Positions 54,650 to 64,000 of a stretch of DNA of 64,000 nt are shown here, in pieces. Position numbers and translations under genes: made by a program. How positions within the stretch are numbered: the stretch's first letter is position 1; every line of letters begins with the position of its first letter. The stretch lies in contig NW_026929671.1 of NCBI RefSeq assembly GCF_032062105.1, positions 310,001 through 374,000 on the forward strand. The letters are read 5' to 3'. Below the pieces are notes generated by a model, which saw only the letters and a program-made list of their open reading frames with translations, had not been told where the DNA came from and ran no database searches. The DNA is from Saccostrea cucullata (Eukaryota).

Positions 54650-55820
54650 AGAACTCACGTGACTATTAGTATTTTTAAAAAGAATGAGTGCACTTAAGTA
54701 CGTCATTTGGAACCTTTTCGGCAACCCATTTTAAGCTTAACATTACAATAAATCGCAAAATTAATCTATGATAAATGTGCAAGCATATGCTTTTGATATT
54801 TATTTCTAGAATTTTTTGTCATACATATTTCTATAATTACAGAAAATGTAATTGAAAAGAACATGTAAAAGCCTTAAATTCCGGAAATTTGAACGGGACC
54901 ACTTTCGAATCTAAGGTATCCGCAAATAGGCGGAGACATTTAAACCGCATGGTTGTGGAATGTAAACATTAGCACATATGATTTTTTCGCATTGCGAATT
55001 GAAATGGAGAAGAGAGAGAGATCGTGTTGATCTCATAGTGCACAATTATTAAATGATTCTAATGTTAGGGGATGGGGTAAATGTCTCGCTGTGCAGTCCA
55101 TAATACAGAGGCGACATAAGCCTATACATGTACTTACTAATGACACTGTCAATACCAGAATTCTTTCAAAACACCCCTAATGAAAAGCATAAAGATAAAT
55201 AAGAGACATATTATCTTCAAACCCTATTCAAATTTGCGCAAATATCTCCCATAGTTTGAAGTTGGAAGTACGATAGATAATGTCACAACAGAGACTTAAA
55301 CACAATGAAATTTTCAATGAAAGCGTTAGCGTATCGAACAGCAGAAGGTCACGTGAGAAAGGTGATTATAATATCAATCGTTGTTGCTCAGTGACCGGTT
55401 AATTTAGTAGCTATCTCGACCCTAGTTTGGGGACATTTTTTTGAAAATTAGATATGAGCCGCAACTTGGCCAACATTGTCCTTTGGATATGTATAAGTTT
55501 AAGTTAAAAAACATATTCTGTGCAAATAAGAAAAATGGCCAAGTTGCGGCTCGATGTAAACAAAGTCGTTGAAAACTGGTATGCATATGAATAACAATAG
55601 AAATGAGACAAAACTGTTAGACCCCCGTCTCAAAAGCTATTGTCGTTCGGCATTATTTAATACTTTCATGTAATATAATATACCAAAACCTGCTCTTAAG
55701 ACATTGTTTAATACCTATAAAACATAAATTTAATGAATTTTGGAATTTTATTTTGCGCAAAACATCGGGATCCAACTCTCATAGCTTAAGTGCACTCATT
55801 CTTTATTCCACACGTGGGTT
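54650..55820. mobile_element. Foldback non-autonomous element, family uncertain
   Basis: Outer inverted pair AAGAATGAGTGCACTTAAG and CTTAAGTGCACTCATTCTT; inner pair GAGCCGCAACTTGGCCA and TGGCCAAGTTGCGGCTC. Confidence 0.5.
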
Positions 55821-56133
55821 CAACATGGGTCATACAGGTAATAGCTTTCATGATCAATTGCGTTACGAAAAACATTTTTATACATTATTTTTTAAATATT
55901 GTAAGTACCAGCCTAATCGTGTACAAATTTCCTGATTTCACACAAGTTTTATAAACGTACTATACGTCTTTTGCTGTTCGCTCAAATTTTTAAAAAGTTA
56001 GGCTCATAGTAAACAAAAGCTTTGAAATGAATGACCGTTCTCGATTTACTGTGGAAAAAGATTTACTGTAGAAAATCACAAATGTCGGCTGACCCCTACC
56101 ACATTGTATGTTTTTTTTTTCTTTTAATTATAT

Positions 56134-56286
56134 TGTTGTGGAACCGAATAGTTCGAGGTACGAGCTATCTAAAACCTGAATGAATTGGCAGTGTTGATGT
56201 CCCCTTACTTCAGTGAGCCTCGTGTCCGCGTGTGTCCCGACCACCGACCGTCTCCTGCAGTCCAGGACAGAAGCATCAGAACAACA
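56134..56286 (+). repeat. 5' LTR of element 2
   Basis: TGTTGTGG...ACAACA, a direct repeat of 63175-63327. Confidence 0.95.
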
Positions 56287-56287
56287 T

Positions 56288-56301
56288 TGGTGTCAGAAGT
56301 G
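56288..56301 (+). other. Primer binding site, tRNA-Leu
   Basis: TGGTGTCAGAAGTG is complementary to the 3' end of eukaryotic tRNA-Leu(CAG/CAA). Confidence 0.9.
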
Positions 56302-56711
56302 AAAACGTTTGACCCCGCTTACTTCCCGTTTTTCTTTCCTGCTAAATTTGCAAGTTTTGCGGATTTACTCCCCAGTAGGTATAGTGGAGGAAATTCGCTT
56401 TAATTTTTCATTCGTCTTTTTCATAAATTTTTTACTGATAAAACTAGAAGAAACAATAGAAATTTGTTGTTAAGTGTTTAATATAAGTGCTTTTTCTATC
56501 GAACTGTATAAAATCTAAATATCTTTTGGTTTTTGGTAAACTGTCATTTTGGCGCGTATCTAGGCTAGGTACGGAACGCAGTTATCATCATAATTATTAT
56601 TCACTGAGTCACATTTTTCTTGTGTGGATATTTTCAGTTTTAAATTGAGTTAGATTCACCTTATCTGATTTTTCTTTCCTATTACAAGAAATACAAAAGT
56701 ATATTCATTTT

Positions 56712-57482
56712 ATGTCACTGTCAAAACCCAAACTAGATAATTTTTTAAAGAGAAAAGCATCTCATAGACAAGGCAGTCTTTATTACACGCCCGTCCTTTT
56801 GTCAGATAGCAAGGGATTTGCAATCAAAAGAAAGATAGAACTAAATTTTGTTGAACCGGGCTGGCGTTCAGCCCCTGCTGTAGATTTGCTAGAAAATCAC
56901 TTGAAGAGAAATAGCGATAAAAAGTATTTAATCTATATTTGGTTAGGTACTTGCGACATATCGGTTAAAGAGGGAAAATTCACAAGAGTTAGGTCTTGGG
57001 ATAATACTGTAGTTGAACATATATTGTCTCAATATCATAGAGTTGTTGCAATAAGTAAACAGTATCCAAACATAAAAGTCAAATTTATTGAGGTGCCCTG
57101 CTTTTCTATTTTTGCTTTCAAGTTCAAAGGTCATACTGACCAAGATTCATTTAAGGTGCATGATATAGAAATTTGTAGGCAGGTGGAACAGCTAAATTGT
57201 GCACTCAGAGAAATTAATTCCAGCATCAATGAAAGAACTCTACCTTTTAACTGTGATCTAAAGAGACGTCGAAAGGATACAAATAAAAAGAAAGGCGGTT
57301 CCCCTAGAGTACGAGTGTCCTATAAATTTGCGGCATACTACGACGGCATTCATGCAGACACAGACTTAGCCCTTATCTGGACAAAACGTTTAACAGATGA
57401 CATTAATTTGAACTGTTTTAAGACTCTAGATGAAGATGTTTTAGACATTCTTGTACCAGAAGAAGAGTTGAGCTCTCTGTGA
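56712..57482 (+). CDS. SGNH/GDSL hydrolase-like protein (256 aa), accessory ORF of element 2
   Basis: Uninterrupted ORF with blocks in order: I VLLSDSKG, II PG, III IYIWLGTCD (GTND-like), V YDGIH. Confidence 0.75.
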   Translation: MSLSKPKLDNFLKRKASHRQGSLYYTPVLLSDSKGFAIKRKIELNFVEPGWRSAPAVDLLENHLKRNSDKKYLIYIWLGTCDISVKEGKFTRVRSWDNTVVEHILSQYHRVVAISKQYPNIKVKFIEVPCFSIFAFKFKGHTDQDSFKVHDIEICRQVEQLNCALREINSSINERTLPFNCDLKRRRKDTNKKKGGSPRVRVSYKFAAYYDGIHADTDLALIWTKRLTDDINLNCFKTLDEDVLDILVPEEELSSL

Positions 57483-57507
57483 AACTTTGTGGAACCAAAT
57501 TACAAAT

Positions 57508-59075
57508 ATGATAAACATAAATACCGCCTCTATAGATGAGCTCATTACCCTGGAAAGCATTGGTGCCCAACGAGCAGCAGCCATCATTAAACTAAGAGAT
57601 GAAAAAGGTTATATTACCATGAATGATATCGAAGAAAACCTGCGTAACACAGCATCCACGATACAGAAGTTACTGTATGCAGAACTAATTTCTTTTGAAA
57701 TATCACCTACACTTGTGGACTCTATCAAGGAGAGACAAGATGGAGAACATAAAAAGGCATTGGACAATGTGTCAAAGGAGTTTGGCGTGAAACTCGACCA
57801 AGTTCATGAGCACTATAGAGCTATGCAGAGAACTTATGAAGAAGAAATGAACAAAATGACAAAAATGATGGGAGAACTGGAAACAAAAAACTTTCAGAGA
57901 AAAAGTCAGAATCATTAGTCACTGGAAATATTGTTGACCACCTAGCACCACATGGTATCTATGGAATCAAAGATGATGGTCAAAAAAGCCTAAAGCTGGA
58001 GAAAAATACTCTAGGAGCAGAAGCCAGTGGAGGAGTAGCAAGTTGTGTTTCTGCTGACAGTGGCTTGGTTAATCCTGGCCCAACTAGCAGTGTATCACAA
58101 ACTAAATCTGGGAAAATAACTTTTACGAGTGGTGCTAATAGTGGCTTGAAACAATCTGGCCCATTTAAGACACACATCAGTTGACCCCCTCCTCCTAAGA
58201 TGGCTACATTTGACGGACGCAGTGAATGGTGCCCATTAAAAACCCAGTTCGATAGGATTGCAGAAAGATATAAATGGTCTGAGGATCAACGCTTGGAGAG
58301 ACTAATTGAGTCCCTAAGAGACAAAGCACTTAAATTCTATTGCACCTGTGCCAAACCAGTTCAAAATAACTACAAGGACCTATGCAAGATATTCAAGTCT
58401 AGATTTGGTCAAAAAGAATTACCCTTGACTGTAAGGCGAAAACTCCAAGACATAAAACAGGAAAATAAAACAGTTGAGGAATTCGCAGAAATAGTCCAGG
58501 AAATGGTTGCCGAGGGATATCCAGATGCTCCAGAAAGTGTTATAGATACTATTGCCACTGACACTTTTTTGAAAGGCATCGAAAACAAGCGTGCGGCACT
58601 AACAGCTATGGATAAAGACCCAACAACTTTAGAAAGTGCACTACAACAGGTCAAAGCAGCAATAAATAACCAAAGGCTAATTCTGGGAGTCCGTAAACCT
58701 GAAGTCAGGAAGGTTCGATTCAGCGATGCATACAGTGACAGTGACGAGGAGCCTGAATTTAGCTCACGTACAGTTCGTCCCCAGAGTCGTGTTGACAAGC
58801 TTGCTGCAGATGTTGACTCATTGAAACTAGGTCTGGAAGCAACCAATACCAAGATTGACAAACTTATTGGGCTCATTTCAAACCGTTCAAGATCCCCCCA
58901 GAGGACAACAACCCAATCCAGATTATCCTCTCCAGTGAAAGAAGGTGCCTGTTATAATTGTGGGGAAAAAGGCTACTTTGCAAAGGACTGCAAACAACAG
59001 CGTAAATCAAGATCACCATCCCCGCAAGCTAAAATAAGCCCTACATTTGATATGAGACTCTATCAATGCAAATAA
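57508..59075 (+). pseudogene. gag: Gag of element 2 with an N-terminal ComEA-like HhH domain, disrupted
   Basis: MININTASIDELITLESIGAQRAAAIIKLR, then a coiled coil. Frameshift at the A-run near 57888 and TGA near 58182. Capsid-like ATFDGRSEW and the knuckle CYNCGEKGYFAKDC follow. Confidence 0.85.
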
Positions 59076-62000
59076 GAACCACAAAATCTGATGATCAATG
59101 TGAAAGTTAACGGAAAACCAGAAAAGGCCATTGTAGATACAGCAGCACAAATATCGGTCATAAATAGAGAGTTTGCAAACTCGTTGACGCCACCTTTAAA
59201 TATTGGTAAGGAGGTGACTCTTAAGGCTGTAGGAGAGAACAGTTGGTTAAAAGCTAACTACTCAAACGATGCCAACATTGAAATTGAAGGGATTCAATTT
59301 AAATGGCCCGTTATAGTTGCAGACATAACTGATCAAGTGATTATTGGTCTTGACTTCCTTAGTGCCAACAATGCTCTGATTGACCTCAATGACCAAAGTA
59401 TAAGCATTCAAGGAATGAAACTTAAAGCCGAGGTGCTGAAAGCTGAGAAGAAACCAGTCAGTGTGGCCAGAGTGTTACTTAAAACCAAGCTTCGGATTCC
59501 GCCTCATACTTCCGTACACATAGTGGGCAAATTAGATAACATCCTTGAGGAGGAAGTCCTAATACAACCATCTAGAAGCATGAAAGGGTTACTCTCTCCC
59601 TATGCTATAACACAACAAGAATCTGCTGATGTACCTATCTTGCTCAAAAATGTGTCGGCTCATAGAGTAATCTTGCCAAAAAATCATGTTCTTGGAACAG
59701 CAACACCATTCGATGGAGTGATTGAGGACCCTGGGCAAATTCAGGATGAGGGATAAAGTTGTAAGACCTTCAAACACCTACCTAACTATCTGTTAGACTT
59801 GGAAAAGAGATCAATTGAGAATCTTTCCCAGAACGAGGCCAACAAGGTACATGATCTACTCATTGAATCTCAGGATGTTTTTTCAGCAGATGACATGGAC
59901 ATAGGCCTTTTCAAAGGAATCACACATAAAGTAAACACCAGGGGATTCGCAACCAGTCCGTGCCAAACTTAGACGTACACCACTAGGCTTTGAAAAGGAG
60001 GAAGAAGTCCACCTGAAGAATTTATTAGATAATGGAGTCATAGTTCCATCAAAGTCAGAATGGGCGTCTGCACCAGTACTGGTGCGCAAAAAAGATGGCA
60101 CTGTGCGGTACTGTGTTGACTTCCGGAAAGTAAATAGCCTTACCAAGAAAGATGCATTTCCCCTCCCAAATATTGAGGAATGCATGGATACCTTAAGTGG
60201 AAATGTCTTCTTAAGCACACTGGATATGGCCCAAGGCTATTACCAAATAGAAGTGGACCCAAATGACCGTCATAAACTGGCCTTCATAACAAAATATGGA
60301 TTGTATGAGTTTGTTAGAATGCCACTTGGCATGCAACAGTCCAGCCACATTTCAACGAATGATCCAGCTTGTTTTGCATGGACTAAATTGGAGGGAAAGC
60401 TTAGCCTATCTGGATGATGTTATTGTGCTGGGGACTTCATTCGACAACCACCTTCTCAACCTCAGAGCTATCCTTACCAGGTTTAGACAACATAATCTGA
60501 AATTAAAACCTAGGAAATGCTGTATGTTTCGAAAAGAAATACAGTTTTTGGGTAGAATTGTTAGCGAGAAAGGTGTATCTGTAACTCCGGATAGTATACA
60601 GTGTGTAGCCCAGTGGCCTGTACCAAGAAACCGAAAAGATGTGGAGACTTTCTTGGGATACATGAATTATCACAGAGAACACATCAAGAATTATGCTGCC
60701 CTGGCCTCCCCATTGTATGACCTTACCAAATCCAAAAGCACATTTGTTTGGGGTGAAGCACAAGACCATAGTTTTCATTCTCTAAGAAAGGCAATGTCAG
60801 AGCCAGCTATCTTAGCATTCCCTAAGCCTGATGGTTTATTCATACTTGACACGGATGCCTCGGATCATTCATTAGGTGCAGAATTATCACAAGTACAGAA
60901 TGGAAAAGAGGTACTCATAAGCTATGCAAGTAAAATCTTATCAGCTACCCAAAGACGTTACTGTGTAACAAGAAAGGAACTACTTGCCATTGTCGTCTTC
61001 ACACGACAATTCAGATTCTACCTCCTCGGACGCCCCTTCATTGTTCGCACAGACCACCACAGCTTAGCATGGCTTCTGGGTTTTAAAAATATAGAAGGAC
61101 AACTTGCGAGATGGTTGGAAGAACTCTCGCAGTACAATATGACTATTCAGCACCGCAGTGGGAAAGCACACAGCAATGCAGATGGACTCTCAAGGATACC
61201 TACGACAGATCCTCCATGTGACTGCTACGATGCTGGAAAGGGCATCAGTGAGTTGCCTTGTGGTGGATGTAAGTACTGTCAGAGAGTCCATGAACAATGG
61301 AGTAGATTTGCTGAGGATATCGATGATGTTGTTCCACTAGCTGTCCGTACGGCACAAACAGATTGGTGCTCAGAGGATTCTGAATCAGATAAGATCACTG
61401 ATGGATGTAACTGGTCTATACGTTTAGTCACAAGGAGCTGAGGGAAGCGCAAGAAAATGATCAGGATCTAAAATATCTTCTCCGTCGGAAAACAGAATGT
61501 GGTAGAGCTTTCTCTTGCTAGTCCAGCTGTAAAACACTGGTGGAACTCAAAAGAGCAACTTGCAACTGTTGATGGAGTGCTTTACTACATATGGTTTGAT
61601 GAGGATACAACATCTAAGACACCACTACTTCTTGTTCCAAAAGAACTAAGAGAAACAGTGCTGGCAGGCTGCCATGACTCCAAATTTGCAAGTCACCATG
61701 GACAGCAGAAGACCTTGCAGAGACTGCGCTCAAAATACATTTGGTATGGTGTAACCCAGGACTGCAAAAATTATGTTCAGTCTTGCAGAGAGTGCAGTGC
61801 AAGTAAAAAAAACCACATTCAACCAAAAGCTCCACTGGGCCAATTCCATGCAGGGATCCCTATGGAAAGAATACATATAGATATTCTAGGACCATTCATA
61901 GAATCAGCTAGAGGGAATCGCTACATTGTAATGATGATTGACCAGTTTACGAAGTGGCTAGAATGCAATGCCATTCCTAACCAAGGAGCAGAACAAGTGG

Positions 62001-62977
62001 CCTTGTCATTGGTTGAAAGATTCATTGCAAGAATGGGGTGTCCTCTTCAGATCCACTCGGATCAAGGTAGGAACTTCATGAGTGACTTATTTCAAAGATT
62101 ATGTAAAATGCTAGAGATCACAAAAACGCGCACAACTCCATACTGACCATGTGCAAATGGTCAAATAGAGCGGTACAATAGAACTATCCTACAGTCGATC
62201 CGTTGCTATTTAAAGAATGTGCGTTTCCAGCGACATCGGGATCGGCATTTGCAACTCATTGTCGGTGCTATAAGGGCCACTGTAAACAGACAAACCGGAT
62301 TCACCGCCAACAAAATGATGCTAGGACGAGAGATTTTACAACCTGTAGACATCATGACGGGTATGGGTGAAAATCAACAGCCTCGAGAACCATCTGACTA
62401 TGTGGAGGAGCTAGAAGAAGTAATGTCTCAGGTCCACGCTATTGCCAGAGAAAATCTACATACTGCACAAATGCGTCAAAAACGAACCTATGATTTGAAG
62501 CTTCACAACCACACATATGATGTTGGAGATGTAGTCTACATGATAAATTCATCAACAAAGATAGGACAATCTAAAAAGCTACAAAAACCTTGGATTGGTC
62601 CATTTGTTGTGACTCAGAAGTTGTCACCAGTTCTTTATCGCATAAAGAATCGGCGAAAGGAGAAAGTGGTCCATCATGATAGATTGAAGAAATGTTCTGA
62701 CCGTGACATCCCAGTGTGGCTGACCAGACTGAGACACACAGTGACAACAGCTGTACCGCCACAAGAACAAGAAGAAGAGGAGGAAGATGAATGCTACCTA
62801 GGAAACCTATATGGCGACCAGAGCGGAAACATTCCAAATCAAGATTCAAGAGCCCCCAACGATTCAGGTGAAAATCCTACAACCGCTTGTGATCCAAGCC
62901 CTACTTCAAGAGCTAACTCAAGGGAGCGTCGCCGTGTTAGGCTGCCAAAGGCCTTGGCAGATTATGATTTGTCCTGA
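59076..62977 (+). pseudogene. pol: Pol of element 2 (PR, RT, RNase H, IN) with several stops and frameshifts
   Basis: IVDTAA, YLDD, DTDAS, HHCC, DDE and WIGPF motifs. Lesions at about 59754, 59940, 60325, 61420-61500 and 62144. Confidence 0.92.
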
Positions 62978-63174
62978 GCAAGTACATCATTATTCTAAGG
63001 TCAGAATGTTTATATCTGTAAATACGTTATTATTTACTTTTCAGGCATTCAGTTAAAATTGATATTTTCAGTTAATTTGTATTAATTAATACTTGTATTT
63101 TGTGGCTTGCTAATGCTGGCCCAGACTATCAACTTTAAGCTTTATACAAGGGATTTAAATAAAACGGGGAGGAG

Positions 63175-63327
63175 TGTTGTGGAACCGAATAGTTCGAGAT
63201 ACGAGCTATCTAAAACCTGAATGAATTGGCAGTGTTCATGTCCCCTTACTTCAGTGAGCCTCGTGTCCGCGTGTGTCCCGACCACCGACCGTCTCCTACA
63301 GTCCAGGACAGAAGCATCAGCACAACA
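63175..63327 (+). repeat. 3' LTR of element 2
   Basis: Follows the PPT and is followed by the ATAT TSD. Confidence 0.95.
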
Positions 63328-64000
63328 ATATATTCGTAAATTTCAGCGGAGAAAAATGTTGAATGCTATGGTTTAGTATGGAAAGCCGTAGGGTACCCCC
63401 ACATTATTATTATTTTTTCCTATATAATTATACCAAAAATAATTATCTCATCCAAAACTGAAAATCTTGCTTTTTACAACATTATTATTATTTTCCTGCA
63501 ATAATTATAATGTTGTCTGTTAAAATGTACACATTATTTTATTTTCTCCTCCAATTATAATTATTTACACTTTACAATAATAATCTTGCCAGTCAATGTG
63601 GACACGATATAATTGTAAAAAAAAAAAAAAAGAAGAAAGAAAAAATGAAAAAAAAATAAATTTAAAAAAAAATTTAAAAAAAATAATAATTTTTTATTAT
63701 TATTATTATTTTGTACACATTTATTTTTTTTTATTTTACTTCAACATCATAGACATTCTTATTTCATCATTTTATAACAATGCATCCCTGTAATAATAAT
63801 GTAGTGATTGGAAAAAAAAGTTATTTCCGAAATCTTCGTTATATAATCTTTGCAACAATAATAATGATGTAAACGTCGGAAACTTTGTTTTTATTTTCAA
63901 CAGGAAAGATAACTTCTTTTTTAGTGACAGTAACGAAAACTCTGTCCCCTTCACAATAATTATAAGATTGTGACTGTCTACATTATTTGAAGCGTGAAGA

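Larger units (their letters stand above)
56134..63327 (+). mobile_element. Complete, decayed Ty3/Gypsy LTR retrotransposon with an extra 5' ORF (element 2)
   Basis: 153-bp TG...CA LTRs at 56134-56286 and 63175-63327 (4 mismatches); TSD ATAT; PBS; PPT AAAACGGGGAGGAG. Confidence 0.96.

Noticed and set aside
56712-57482. Idea that the SGNH ORF was domesticated because it is intact while gag-pol is broken
   Set aside because: About 8-9 lesions over 5.5 kb leave a fair chance of none in 0.77 kb, so this is not evidence of selection on this copy.
58409-58876. Antisense ORFs over gag/pol (also 31440-31793 and 34618-34935)
   Set aside because: Shadow ORFs of the coding strand with no independent motifs.
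59070-59095. Programmed readthrough at the gag-pol TAA of element 2
   Set aside because: It is in frame, but this copy has many random stops, so it cannot be told apart from decay.
63596-63793. Lys/Tyr-rich ORF
   Set aside because: Low-complexity A/T sequence.

Overview
AT-rich animal genomic DNA. The gene and repeat families point to a bivalve, probably an oyster; this is inference. The window is mostly transposable elements. (1) A very young full-length Ty3/Gypsy element at 28554-37832 has 1.3-kb LTRs and a CTTT TSD. Its gag and pol are in frame across one TAG, its integrase ends in a chromodomain-like module, and each LTR holds a 68-bp duplicated segment bracketing an intron-like region. 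(2) A second complete but decayed Gypsy at 56134-63327 has 153-bp LTRs, an ATAT TSD and a tRNA-Leu PBS. It carries an extra intact SGNH/GDSL-hydrolase-like ORF ahead of a gag that begins with a ComEA-like helix-hairpin-helix; this is the best candidate for an undescribed system. (3) Other elements are an internally deleted DIRS-type tyrosine-recombinase retroelement, about ten Penelope-like fragments, L1/Tx1-like remnants, tRNA-derived SINEs, Helentron-type non-autonomous elements and many nested MITEs. Host genes are two B-box/NHL (TRIM-like) paralogues, each frameshifted, and a class A GPCR pseudogene. All alignments were done by eye, so boundaries of degenerate repeats are approximate.
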